Shown one piece after another: positions 1-12,492 of a DNA stretch of 64,000 nt; the first letter of the stretch is position 1, and every line of letters starts with the position of its first letter. The stretch covers positions 3,100,001 to 3,164,000 of the forward strand of contig OZ218950.1 in the NCBI GenBank assembly GCA_965112735.1, given 5' to 3'. Below the pieces are notes generated by a model. The model was not told the origin of the DNA, did not search any database, and saw only the letters and a program-made list of their open reading frames with translations. The stretch comes from Phaeosaccion multiseriatum (taxonomy: Eukaryota > Protista > Ochrophyta, other classes). The translations under genes and the position numbers were made by a program.

Positions 1-176
1 CGAGAGATAACAGGGCCTGCCAAACGCCACACTTTCACCCGCTTTCGATGTGTCGAACACCAACAAACAGTGCTGCCTCTCCTCCTCTGCTAAGTCCAGC
101 CGCCACTGGGTGTGCCCCTTTTCGAAGGAAGCCCTTCGAGAATAAGGGCCGGTGCTTCAGTGCCCCCCCCCCCCGC

Positions 177-215
<39 letters not shown>

Positions 216-244
216 ATCAAGGCTCTTGTCCCTCCGTCCCTCGC

Positions 245-1764
245 TCAGTTGAGGCCCGCGTCGTGCAAGCACTTGGTAACAATCGCAAAGTCTGCCTCCC
301 CAAACCCTTTCAGCATGGCCGTGTCAAACACCCTCCCCGCAGCGGGCAGGAGGGGAAGCTTCAACCCTACGCTCTCCACTGTTGCTCGAATGAGCTCCAG
401 ATCCTTCTTGAGGTTTCTGATGGGGGCGAGTGACTTCTCCAGCGCCTGTGAGGGCAAGGAAAGCAGCGTGTATTCGTTGGGTAGGGGGGGGTCGGCCAAA
501 CTCACGTGTACCTTCATTTTTGGGGTAAAGGAGATGGGGCGAAGAACAGACGAAGCTTGCGGAAGATGGCACTTGGCTCACACCCCCCTCCCCCCACCTC
601 AATGAGATGGGAAGCTGGCAAATACTGGGGAGTGGGCCATCAAGACAGGCAGGGACACGCTTTCGCTAGACTGGTACCACCCTATCTGATTCCTCTTCCT
701 TGCTTCTTTCCTTTCCTCCCGTACGTACCTCATTGCCCTCTTCTTCTGCCCGAATGAGATCCTCGAGGTTCTTGGAGAGCATCGTGGAGTGGCCCCAAGA
801 CACGCTGAGGAGGTCCAGCAGCTTCCGCGTGTCGCTCACCCCGAGCGAGCGCGCCAAGGTATAGGCCTCGCACGCCGCCACAGTCTGCACAATCACTAGC
901 ATCTGGTTCACGAGCTTTGCAGCACAGCCAGCCCTAGCGCAGGAGCAGTAGCAGCAGTAGGAGTAGGAGTAGAGGCAGTAGGAACGGAGGTGAAAGGGGT
1001 GCGTCTACTTGGGGCAGCCACTGAGGCGCTGTGGAAGAAAGTGAAAGTGTTTAGCCCATGCAGGACGTCAAGAGAATTTGGTTTTCATGTCTTACGACTC
1101 TCTTTTCAAAGAGATCAGCCCCCCCCCCCCTCCCGATGAATGACTCCTCAAGCTCTTGACTCACTCACCCGGTGGGTCCCATGAGGGAAATGTGCGACCC
1201 CATCGCCTGGAAAGCAGGAAGGCACTCTTGAAAATGCTCTCTGTCTCCGCCTACCATGATGCTTAGTTGACCCGACGATGCACCACCCGGCCCGCCGGAG
1301 ACGGGCGCGTCTAGGAAAGCCACCCCATGAGGGGAGAGGCCATCGCGGAGCTCCACAGAGCTCGCTGGGCTGCAAGTCCCGAGGTCAACAATGACTTTGC
1401 TCCAAGCGGGGGAGCCAACTCCTTGGTCTTCTCCCCCTCCCCCTCCTCCTCCTCCTCCTCCTCCTCCTGCTCTTCCTCCTCTGCCCTTCAGCCCTTGCAC
1501 GAGGCCGTCCGGCCCGAATACAACCTCGCGGCTGATAGCCTCACTGGGAAGAGACAGGAAGACGATGTCGCTTGCCTCCATGAGTGCAGATGGAGAGGCA
1601 GTGAGGCTGACTTGCCCAGCAGCAGGAGGTTCAAGGGAATTGCCCTTCTTGTCGAACACGCTGAGAGGAAACCCCTTCTGCGCAAGTTGCCGCACCATGC
1701 CACTTCCCATAGCCCCCAATCCCACAAAGCCCAATCGGCCCCCCAGCTTTCCTAAGCTCCCCAT
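245..1764 (-). CDS. NAD(P)-dependent beta-hydroxyacid dehydrogenase (3-hydroxyisobutyrate dehydrogenase / tartronate semialdehyde reductase family); 3 exons (1764-1169, 933-729, 445-245)
   Basis: Rossmann motif GFVGLGAMGSGM, substrate motif FLDAPVSGG, catalytic-Lys motif GAGCAAKLVNQ reconstructed across a GT-AG intron, C-terminal KDL...ADF; exons join in frame. Confidence 0.9.
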
Positions 1765-1888
1765 CGGAAGAAGAGGAGGGAGAAGGGCCGGGAATGAAAA
1801 TCTCTTGACTTACGAGCGACCACCAAAGCAAAGCAGTTGGTTCTCTGACTCACAGATTTGGCGATTCTTCATTCGAGAAATATCAAAT

Positions 1889-3569
1889 ATGGCCCCGAGC
1901 AGGGCTCTTGCTGCGGCACTTGCAGCAACGGGAGCGCTACTGGTTGTTACCTGGAAAAGGGCGAAGCAAGCGAGACTGCAAGCATCCAGGAGGATTTTGA
2001 AAGGGTGGAGTGAGGTGCAGCAAAAGGATCCTCAAGGGCCGCCGAGCTCACAGCGCGTTCCCGTCGTTGATCTACGAAGGTGGGGCTTCTCTCACACTTT
2101 CTTACACAGCCTGGGCAGGGTCCTTCGAGATATCTCGCGACCCTTTGGGAGCTAAGCACCCTTCCTGCTTTTTTCTGTCCTTTTCATTTCTCGTGCGCAA
2201 ACTCCAACCCAGTGATGTCGACTTTGTTCAACGTCGGCTGGTGGGCTCCTGCAGCATACCGGCCGAAATTCTATGGACAGAGGACTGGTGGTTCTCACTG
2301 CCGGATAAGAAGCAGCCCTTTGTGTTGCTACTGCCCAGGAGGGAGTGGAGGGCCCTGTACGCGAAGCTCCTATTGGCCAGGCCAGATGCTGCAGGCAATG
2401 ACTTGTAATGCACGAGAATGGTCACGCTCTGTGAATCTCTGAGTGGTGCTCGACTAACCTCTCGTCCCCACACTCTCCTCCATTCCCTGCTCGTGTGCCC
2501 CATACCCAGGAAACTTGCTCCTTCTGGATACCCCCGAGCTGTGGCAGGCGGCTGACGAGCAGGGACTGCTGATATCCGGGGCGGTGTCACCCCAGGAGCG
2601 TCGCGAAGGTCTGTTTTTCGAGCCGTGCCCCTTTCTGGCGCGCATCGTGAGCGGGCTGGAGGAGGTGCTGCTGGCGACTGCGAGGGAGGGAGAGCAGGAG
2701 GTGGAGGAAGAGCACCCCACTCAGCAGTATAGACTCAAGGCGCGGCAGACCCCCCTGACCTGTCTCGACGTGGGCTGCGGAAGGTGAGAGAAACAGGAGA
2801 GAGACGCGTGGGAGCGGGTCATGAAAAGTCGCCCTTCTGACGGGGCGGCAGAAGGTTCTTGGGAGGGGGCGAGGAGAGTAGCAGGGACAGCAGGGCAAGG
2901 GTCCAGCAAAGCTCCGTAAAGGGAACATCGGAAGAGCTCGGCTCCATGTGTGACTCCGACGCTTTGTGTGGCACAGACCATTGACGGGCCAGACCATCTC
3001 CGCGCCGCCCCACTTGCTGCTTCCCCACTACCCCCTCTTGCTCCCCCTCGCGCTCCCGTAGCGGGAGGGACGTGGCCTACCTGGCTTGTCGCGGCTGGAC
3101 GGTGACGGGGGTGGACTGCTGGTCACGCGTGTTGGACCGCACTCGGCGCCTCGCGGAGAGAGCAGGCGTGAAGGAGAGGGTTGAGGTGAGGAGAAAGAGG
3201 AGGACAGTCGTGAATGTCGACGAGAGATGGAGGGAGAAGGGCGTATGTGTGTGTGTATGTGTGTGTGTATGTGTGTGTGTGTGTGTGTGAGACAGAGAGA
3301 GAGAGAGAGGGAGGGAGGAAGAGGTAGAGGGAGAGCTGGAAGGGGGAGGCCAACAGAATGTCGAAGCACCTGCTGAAACTCCCCCCCCCCCCCCTTCCCT
3401 CATGCCGACACAATTCTCCTCCGGCTGATTCCAAACTTTTCAGCGCCTAACCTTCTCGCTTGTCCTCGCTTGTCTCGCATCACAGACGTGGCAGGGGAAG
3501 GTCACCCCCAGCGGCACCTTGCAGCTAGCCGCAGAGCACGGGAGGGGCGTCCGGACACTCGGCATCTCG

Positions 3570-3606
<37 letters not shown>

Positions 3607-4358
3607 GCGAGCAGGAGGAGGGGAGCCAACGCGAGGAAGAGCCCCCTGTGTTCGCCTTGGTGATGGTGGTGCGTTATCTCAACAGGGCCTCCTTTGACAC
3701 GCTGGAGAGCCTCGTCAGAAAGCCAGGTACGTGCGCATGTGTGTGTACGTCGTATATTTTCTCCTCCTCCCTCACGACCGCTGTGCTGCCGTGCCCCGCG
3801 CCCTCCTCTCTTAAATAGGTGGGTATCTACTTCACTACACTTTTCAAGAAGAGGAGCAGGGCGAGCCTTGGCCGCACCACAGCCCCAAAAACATGAAGAT
3901 GGTGAGGGAGGGAGGCAGGGAGTGACTGAGTGACTGAGTGACTGAGTGAATGAGTGAATGAGTGACTGAGAGACTAAGTGACTGAGTGAATGAGGGGGGC
4001 CCGAGTGAGTGGGGGGAGCTCTCTCTCCTCTCTGAACACCGCTTGCTCGGCGTTGGAGCCTCGGGCCCATGCATACAGTACACACACTTACTTTCAAAGG
4101 CCTCTTACTGGAATGAATACGTGAAGAAAAATGAATGAAAGTCAACGTGTGTGCGCCTCTCTCTCTCTCTGCCTGCCTGCCTGACCAATGCACTGTTCGC
4201 ATTCCCCTCTCGCATTCGTGCAGGTGCTGAAAGTGGGAGAGCTGCGTGAGAGGTTCGGCCCTTCGCGCGGCTGGGAGGTGCTTGTCGACACCGTCACGAG
4301 GCTGCCCGACGGGCGGCCCATGAACTGCTTCCTGGCCAGGACGGTCGCCTCGGACTGA
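1889..4358 (+). CDS. Class I SAM-dependent methyltransferase (TehB-like) with N-terminal hydrophobic anchor and rhodanese-like segment; multi-exon
   Basis: ATG 1889; VVDLRS..FVQRRLVGSCSIP (rhodanese-like start); motif I LDVGCG|SGRDVAYLA..GWTVTGVD; later VVRYLNR...LVRKPG; last exon ends DGRPMNCFLARTVASD-stop at 4358. Confidence 0.7.
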
Positions 4359-4840
4359 GCCTCTCCCTATATACACTCGGTCCGCGGTGCGCGCGTTTGG
4401 ATGAGTAGAGTACAGCGAGCAGCAAAGTACATGTGAGGGTATGTGCGTAGCGATGGGAAGTGGCTCGTACGCTTGGCTGCAGCCACTCTTTCCGAGCAGC
4501 TTGGGGCTGGACCTCGCTCTTACTCACTCCGGCGCTGAAGACAGAAAAGACCACTGAGTTTCTGGGAAGAAGCTCATCGTCGGGAGCTAAGGGTGGATAG
4601 GGAACTGTTTCGACCCCGTACGTGTCTCGCTTGACGCTTGACGGTATCGTTACCTAGCTGAAGGTGGGCCACCGATGCCCTCTCCCGTGCGGTCAGTGCC
4701 TGCCCCCCTGCCCCTGCCCACCGCATACTGCCGTGGGGGCTCCTGGCAGAGGCAGGGGTCAGAGATGGGGCCGACGAATGCCTCGGATATCAGAGAGAGA
4801 GCAGCAGCGGCGGCGGCAGGAGCAGTAGTAGAGGCAGCAG

Positions 4841-5473
4841 TTGGTGGTACAGCAGCAGTGGCATCCCGGCGAGTGTACCGCTCGGTGCGTAAAGACGAGC
4901 AGGAGGGGAAGAAAGCATGGGTTTGACGGATCCTGTACTTGTGCCATTTTATGCTCTCCTCTCGAGAAGGGCCTCGCAGCGCTCAACAAGTTCGGCGGCG
5001 AGGTGAGCTATCCACACCAGCTGCGACTTGGCGGCCGCGTGACTGCTCTGCAAACAGTCTTCTTCCTGCACCCTTGACACACACGGCCTTTGAGAATCAC
5101 TTGTCCTCCCCAGGGTCTCATCGGTCGTAAGCTGCCTGCCTTTGAGACCGATGAGGACGCTGTGCTTGTGCTGCGTGAGCGCGTCAACGAGGCTCAGCGA
5201 ATCGCCACAAGAGAGATGAAGGAGATGGAGATTGAGAAGAGGGGGGGTGGAGCGAGGGGCAGGAAGCGAAAGGGAATGGGAGGGGACCGAGAGGGGAGAT
5301 GTGGAGGGCGCAGTGCGAGGCTTCAGCAAGATGGGAGGAGGGAGGGGCGGAAGGGGTGGGCGGGGGGGAGGGGGAAGGGGTCGCGGGGAGAGGCGGTAGC
5401 GCGGACGAGGAGCGCAGCTTGGCTGCGACGAGAGCGACGCATGGCAAGGAAGAGGAGCAGCAACAGTTGGTGA
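4841..5473 (+). CDS. Possible exons of a hypothetical protein (start not located)
   Basis: A GT-AG intron at 5003-5113 joins ...LAALNKFGGE to GLIGRKLPAFETDEDAVLVLRERVNE in frame; no recognisable domain. Confidence 0.3.
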
Positions 5474-5819
5474 TACGGCAGCAGCAATGGGAGGTGGAAT
5501 AGACCCAGGAGCTGGCAAGGAGACACGGCGAGGCGATGGCTGAGCTTGAGCCACCTACACCTCGCTCAGGCGAGGAGCGATGGGAAGCGCGAGCCGAAAC
5601 CCGCGATGCTACTGGATTGGTGCATTTTATTTACACTAAGGTGGCTCTTTCTCAGAACGCATGCTTCTCTGCCTACTCACCCTTCCTCAGAGCGAGAACA
5701 AGCAACGGCACGTCAGTCTTAGGCCTTCGTTCTTTAATCCCGCTGTATAAACATAAGCTATGTACACTGTGTGTGTGTGTGTGTGGGTGCCTTTCACGGC
5801 CGAACGGAGTTGACGGTTG

Positions 5820-7054
5820 CTACTCTGCTGCTACCAAGAATGCTCCCTCTGCGGGGGGCTGGGTGGGGGCGGACACGGGGAGAAAGCACTCCTTCGGGTC
5901 GGCGAGAATCTCGTCCTCCCAAGCCCAAGCCCCTCCTCGCGGGCTTGACGAAGAGTAGGAGGAGAAGGAGGAGGAGGAAGAGCGGTCGTAAGACGGCGAG
6001 GAGGAGGAAGAGGTCGTGATCGAGTACTTGTCGTCGGGAGATAGCGAGTCGGACATGAGCCAGTCCCAAAGCCTCTCCAGGAGGGCCCCGCCTGAGGTGT
6101 CGCCACCGCTGCTGCTGCTGATCCTCGCTTCCCCCTGCTCCTGAGCGCTGGGGCAGTATGCGGGCACCTCAAAAAAGTTGTCCTCGAATGACATTGGTTG
6201 GAACACGCCATAATCCTCCTGGTTCTTGTTGCCCTGAGTGATGGGTCAAAGCAGATGGACAATGAGTGGGACTGACAGGAAGGAAGAAGACTCAGGGCAT
6301 CAGCCCGAGAAGCTGCAGGACAGTCTCACCTTTTGGTCAAGGGGGGTGACAACGCGTGTCGGCCGCTTGGGATGCTCCACTGTTTCGTAGTACTCGTGAT
6401 CTTGAGTGACCCACTTGTTCGATAGGACGCTGTTCACCACCTGTGTGCCTTCGTAGGCGCCTCCCACAAACCAGTCCTGGGTGACGATACCGACGGGTAG
6501 CTGAAGGTACTCGCATGCCTGGTTTTGCTCATTGAACACCCAGCTATCGGTCCCACGAATGAGAAAGCTGGATGTGACTCCCTCCCTGCTGCACTCTTGC
6601 AGCATGCTCAAGCGCGGAGCGTCGTAATATTTGAGGATTTGCTGCGGTGGTCCTGTGCTCTCTCCGGCCGGAGTGCTCCCATTCCTAGGGAAGAGGGAGG
6701 GGGAGAAGGAGAGAGAGAAGAAGGCAGACGGAGAAGGGGTAGGGTGAGGCATGGAGAGAAGGAGAAGGGAAGATAAAGGGGAAAGGGGGGAAGGGGAAAA
6801 AAAAGAAGGATTTGTGGGGAAAGAAGCGAAGGAGAGGAACAAGGAAGAGCGCGGCAGGGAACGTACCTGAGCTCGCTGGCGAAGAAGGAGTCTGGCCACG
6901 CCTCTGGCTGCCCAGGAGCGAATGGGAGCGCGGGCGGCAACCTGGCTGGGTGCTCCTCTTGTCCCCCCTCTGCCTCCTCCAGCTCCGACCAAAACCCGCC
7001 AGCAGCCGCGAGACTCAACATGGACCCCAAAGCGAGTAGCGTAAGACGATTCAT
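5820..7054 (-). CDS. Secreted At4g14100-like / ependymin-related protein; 3 exons (7054-6867, 6684-6330, 6233-5820)
   Basis: Signal peptide MNRLTLLALGSMLSLAAA; PVGIVTQDWFVGGAYEG...KW...YYE...KRP and FEVPAYC motifs resemble this family; canonical in-frame introns. Confidence 0.7.
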
Positions 7055-7194
7055 CCTTTGTGCTTGTGTAAGTGGCGCTCTCTGGAGATGGAATGAATTC
7101 TCCGGACACGCGGCAAAAGCTCAACGTACAAGTCAATGGCCCAGTCTTAAGCAACGCAGGCGCGATCCCCATCAACAAACAGGACTGAGGAGCA

Positions 7195-7728
7195 ATGAAG
7201 GGAGGAGCTTTGGCATCAGCAACTGCTGTAGTCCTTTTTGGACGGTCGGTGTCGGCTTTCCTGCTGGCTCCTCCGCCCAACGCACCTGCTCAGCTGCAGG
7301 GGCAGTCACGTGCAAGTGTGCGGACTGGAGGTGGAGCGCACAGAGGCTCGCAAGGCGTGCTTTGGGACAAGCCCAGGGAGAGCGAAGAGTACGTGCCGGA
7401 GGGGCGCAGAGGGGAGAGACAGGTGTCCAAGGAGGCGCTGGACAGAATCATGGGAGACGTGCAGCTCAGGGGAATGCTACAGGACTACAGGGTGAGTGGG
7501 AGGGTCGCCTTTCGTCGTGCAATCAAGCCGTTTTTCACCCCCCCTTCCCCCCCCACCTCGCACCTCTGCTGCCACGCGCAGACGCAGGAGCTGATAATCA
7601 CTCTGAGGAACACCCCCCCGGAGGAGTGGAAGGAGACCATGTCCGATCACTATCGACACGATCCCTTCATCCGGCAGGTGCAGAGGGAGCTGTTTCCCAT
7701 TCTGTACGGGACCACCTTGGAGGACTAA
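7195..7728 (+). CDS. Small hypothetical protein with bipartite plastid-targeting presequence; intron 7492-7581
   Basis: Signal peptide ending in SVSA-FLL (ASAFAP-type motif) followed by a transit-like region; in-frame GT-AG intron. Confidence 0.65.
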   Translation: MKGGALASATAVVLFGRSVSAFLLAPPPNAPAQLQGQSRASVRTGGGAHRGSQGVLWDKPRESEEYVPEGRRGERQVSKEALDRIMGDVQLRGMLQDYRVSGRVAFRRAIKPFFTPPSPPTSHLCCHAQTQELIITLRNTPPEEWKETMSDHYRHDPFIRQVQRELFPILYGTTLED

Positions 7729-8983
7729 GGAGGTTGAGGGCGCAGTCGTGAGGACGCCAAGGCGGAGGGGTAGAGAGGGGATGCGCTGTAATGGCGCTCG
7801 CTAGTTCACAGGACACATCAAGACAGCGGGGGAAGGGGGGCGTATCGTCTCCTATGGGGGGGCTGCACAGTCAAGCAAGCTGGACTCTCACTCTCAGTCT
7901 TCCCTTCGCTGCAGCCCCCGGCCATTATTGCGGCGGGCGAGAGAGTAGCTTTCGCCCACAGTACCGCACAGCGCTAGTCGGAGGGGGTGCAGGGCGACGT
8001 GGCAGGTATGAATTTCAAGTGGCCTCAGAGGTGCTATGGGCACAGCCATCTCTCCGCTTGGCGCCTTCACTGCCCCAGCCACTGGGACTCGGGTCGGGTA
8101 TGGTACGCAAGATTAGGCAGCAAAGGATCGGTGGTCAACGCATCGGAGTAGTGAAGAAGGAGAAAGGCCCTTGCCCGAGGGGACATCGCCGTGTGCCCTG
8201 AGCAGGAGAGGGCTTTCTCCGCGCGACTGTCTGTGAGAGAAGGAATATGCAAAGCGCGACCTTCCCCTGGCCTTGGTCTCCTCCGGGCTGGTTCAGCAGC
8301 GTGGGGCTGTCGTGGCGAGCTGTGTGGTGAGCTGCGGCGTGACCTGTCGCCCCCCCCCCCACAGGCCTGAGCCATGGCACAGACGAGAGAAGAAGGAGTG
8401 CCTGGTCGGTCTGCATGTATTCTTCCACTCTACATTCTCATCTACCTTCGTGAGGAAGAACGGGGTTCGATATCAAAGGGCCAGCAACCCGGCGTGGTGG
8501 GAAGCTGCAGCAGCAGTATAGTCTTAGAAGCGGCCCACAGTTGCAGTGCCCAGTCAATGAAAGGGTGCGGCCGCCTTCCCCCCTTTGCGAAAACACGCAG
8601 CAGGAGTTGGAGGCCACAGACTGAGACTATTTCCCACGGCCGTAGATTTAGGTGGCCAGACCTGCAATGCTGCCTACAGTTTTCATTTGGAGCCAGGTTA
8701 CCAAAATTCTTTTCCCTTTTTACCTCTTCACACTGGCGAAGTTGGGTCCCCACGCCTTCGGGCGTGTGGGTGATAAATCGGTGGGCTCCGTCTGCTGAGT
8801 TCAGTCGGCGGCGCTGGATGTAGGTCGCCTGATGGAGCTGCCTGCAGGAGGGCTTTTTCCTGTGCAAAATCTAGGCGCAGCTGTGACGAGGGTTGGGAAC
8901 TTAATTGACTTAATAGGAAAGCGGGTGTGGGGGGGGGGGAGGGTAAGAGGAATCACCTGAGAAACTATTGATGACCGGTTTTG

Positions 8984-9060
8984 GTGGGGCGAGATGCCCC
9001 ACTCGGTGAAAGTGGGTATTTTTAGTACCCAATTTTTTTAAAAGTGGGTATTTTTAGTAC
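8984..9060. repeat. Crypton left subterminal structure: GTGGGGC-N5-GCCCCAC hairpin (8984-9002) and 20-bp direct repeat AAAGTGGGTATTTTTAGTAC (9009-9028, 9041-9060)
   Basis: Read directly; the same structure is in copy 2 at +11511. Confidence 0.85.
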
Positions 9061-9208
9061 AGTACCCAATATGGACCAGTAGCGCCCCTCCCCCCCCCCC
9101 TCCTTTTTGGTGTATCTCTCCCCTCCTCCTCCAAAATATACTACGCTATGATATGACGATTTAATGGTATTACCACGATAACAATGGTATTCATATTTAC
9201 AGACACAC

Positions 9209-9593
9209 TTAGTGTCCGTCCTCAATCATGCATGGCATACAGTAGTAGTCAAAATCGCCTTCCGCAAAACCCTTGCTGTCGCAAAACTCGACGGTGCACA
9301 TGTGGTGCACGAGGTTTCCACACGCTCTTTCGGATGGGCAGAGGAACAGCTTGACTTGCGAGGGCTTAGTACAGCCATACGAGCATGTGAAGGCCATGTC
9401 TCCCTCTCTCAAGCCGCCCAACGACGGCGCTGCTGACGCGGCAGCAGCGGCAGTAGCGGCCGCAGCGGCCGCATCAGAGGCAGCAGCAGAAGCAGCATCA
9501 GAAGCAGTACCAGTACCAGTACGCTGTTTTTTTTGGGCCCCCCTTCCCCCACCCCTTCCTCCTCGTCCTCCTCCGGCTCCGCCTCCTCCTGTT

Positions 9594-9630
<37 letters not shown>

Positions 9631-12272
9631 TGCTGCTGCCACCTCCCTCCTCGTCGTCCTCTGCACCGCTATCACCTCCATCCCCCTCCTTCGACTCGTC
9701 TGCACCAGTGCCACTTTCCTTCGCCCTCGCCCGCTTCGCCCGTTTTTTCGCGTCCGCCTGCTGCGCGCTCCATAAATTATACACGGTGGTCCACACCAGC
9801 TGATTGAAGCGGCGCTTGTGAGAATCAGAACGAGACTTGATGTCAAAGGCGTCTTTGACTGCGTCAAACATGCTTCGCGCTTCTTCAAGCGTCGGCTTGT
9901 CCTTCCAGAGCCCCTTTTCTTTCGCCGCGGATTCAATCGCACCCATCAAACAGCAAAATTTTGACATCCTTCGCTTCTCCGCCCTCCCCTGCACGTCTGC
10001 TGTCGTGAATTCTCGAAGGCGAGGAGTGCCTGTCATCCAAGCATCCCAAGCAGCGCGCACAGTGAAGCTAGGGACCTCAAAGTGCTCGGGAAGGGTATGC
10101 CACCGGCCGTTGTAGAGATACAGAGGTGGCTGATCTGCACCTGCACAAGAAGAAGAAGAGGGCGGGGCGCTGCTCGAACCCTCACCAAGGCCCAGAGTGC
10201 CTGCCTGGTGAGCCGCGAGAAGGTCGCTGAGCCCACTCTTAGAAAAGGCTGCGTCGAGGGTCGTCTGCAGGGCCCTGCTCACACCCAGACTGGTGACAGT
10301 GCCAGAGGCCTGTGCATTCTCCTCCAGAACGTCACGGATCAGCGTCTCCAAGTCGACCTTGATCGTCTGGCCCAACACCTCAAGCTTGCCGCCTAGAGAG
10401 GCCACGCTGTCCGCCACGACTTGGAATTGCCTCAGCTGCACGACGTGGGGAGGAATCCCGGTTGCAGAAATCTCGTCCGTCTCGTCCGGATACTTCAGCA
10501 CGACATGCTCTGAAAGGTCCGCCAGCAACCTTTGATCTCGGAAGAGCTGTGTCGTGAAAAGAGGGTGATTCTCCTGAAGAGTGCTGCGCAGAAAGCCGGC
10601 GTGGTACACCACACTGGCAAGACAGAATTCAGCCACCTTCCTCAATCTCAGCGGCACGTCCCTGAAGCAGCTCACAATGGCTCCCGCGAGCACGTCTTCA
10701 ATGCCCTCCTTCGCTGTGCCGTCCACCTTGAGGCGCTGAAAAAAGGGAGGAAGCAATGCAAACTCCTTCGCTGAGATGTTCGCCCCGGAGGCAGCCCGGC
10801 CCACATACTGATCTGCTGCATTGATGGGGTTGAAGTAGATGCCCTGGACGCCGGGAAGAGACCATCCCATTCGAAGTTGCACAGCAATTGGGTTGGGAGC
10901 AGCGGACGAGCCGCTTGTGACGTGCGAGGCAGCGCCCTTGCGCCCAGAATGAGTGCCGAGGTCCTCTGGAGTCAGCCCCATGCCTTCCAAAATGGACGAG
11001 TTCGCCGCCGCCGTACGTCTGAGGAAGCCGCAATACCTATCGTACTGATTGTTGCCAGCGAACAGCGCGTTCTTCTCAAAACCAAAGCTCAGGAGGTAAA
11101 CACCAAGCGCGAGGACGGGGCAGATCTCCGGCATGATTGGATTCGCGTAGACGTGGCGAGGATGTCGGGCCTTCTCTCCCAGCTGGTCGCCCTTTTGCTT
11201 CCCAAAATAGACGCAGAGCGCGTCCCCCTTCCACTCGAGATGATCGAGACAAATCTCCACACAGTTGGTGGCGCGGCACATCAGATTCCAGGAGAGAACG
11301 AGGAAGGGGTGGCCAAAGGCGCCCTGTCTGTGCCCGTTCTCACAGACTGCCGAGCTCAGCATTGCTGCGATGTACACAAGCGAAGGAAACAGTGGCAACC
11401 AAAGACGGCGTCAGGGCTAGGAAGTGAGTGGGGGGCAGTCAATGCATCAGCCACTTGTCTCCACCCACTCCACTAGTTTCCACTGTCCACTGACTCCACA
11501 CAGCTGGGAATTTACCTTTGGCAAGAGCGCGGTAGAGAGCGAACGGCATGGGAGCCTTCCCTTCTCTGACTTCGACATTTCCCTCCTGCTTCTCTCCTGC
11601 GATCGTCCTCTTCAGCCCCTTGGTGAGCGTCGCAAGGTCGCTTTGCAATTTGCGGTGCTGCTCCTCCTGATGGTAGTCTCTGTACAGATTGAAGAGTGCA
11701 GAGCGTTTCGACTGTGCACCGGCCTTGGATAAGCCCTTCGGCCCCTTCTTGACTTCAAGCAGCCACCCGAAGAACGCGTCGGCTGTCAGCAGATGGAACA
11801 GCAAAGGGTGCGGCGCCCGAGGTGCTTGGATCAAGTGTGCCTTCACCCGCTTCGTCCACTGCGCCTCAGCCTTCTTCTTGGCCTTTGCTTGGGCTTTCGC
11901 TGCTCTCGACACCTCAGCCGGCGTCTGCTGTGCCGCTGCAGTGGCACCACCCGCTCCGCCAGGTGCGGCGGCTGCTGCGGCTGCTGCTGCTCTCCTCTGT
12001 GCTTCCTCCTCTTCCCCATCTTCCCCGTCTTCCTCCTCTTCCCCCTCCGGTGGAGCAAATGCTGTCCTGAAGTCAGGGTCCAGAAGCTCCGGGTGCTTGC
12101 GGAAGAGGTATCGGATCAGCATCGTGGAGGCGCATGCATATCCACTTCTCGAGCGTGGGGCGATGGTGTTGTTTCGGGGGTTCTGAATCTGCTGCTGCTC
12201 TGCAGTAAGCGGTGCTTCTTCCCCCTCTGCTGCTGGTGCTTCCGGAACCGTAGCAACAGCGACGTCAGCCAT
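9209..12272 (-). CDS. Crypton tyrosine recombinase with C-terminal PHD-like zinc finger, about 970 aa; exons 12272-11516 and 11364-9209
   Basis: Phase-1 GT-AG intron 11515-11365 joins MPFALYRALAK to AMLSS...; catalytic set R (WNLMCR), K (QKGDQ), HxxR (THSGRK), W (MGW), Y (QGIYF); C-terminal Cx3C-x10-Cx5C-x4-Hx2C-x18-Cx2C. Confidence 0.9.
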
Positions 12273-12492
12273 GGTATACTCTGTTCTCCTGCAAATTCAC
12301 GTGGGAGATGCCCCTCCCACCACTGGCATCAGCTGTTACAGCCGGGTATCGTCCGCGCAGCCGCTGCTCCTCTTACATAGCTGCACTGTGCAAATATGCT
12401 GATGCTGTGAATGAAATAAACTCCACGTGGGGAGGGGGGGGAGAATGCCCCACAACCAAAAAATATTGGATAAAAAACTTGAAAAACGAGCA

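Noticed and set aside
7791-8870. Several 80-150 aa ORFs on both strands
   Set aside because: No recognisable motifs or consistent splice model
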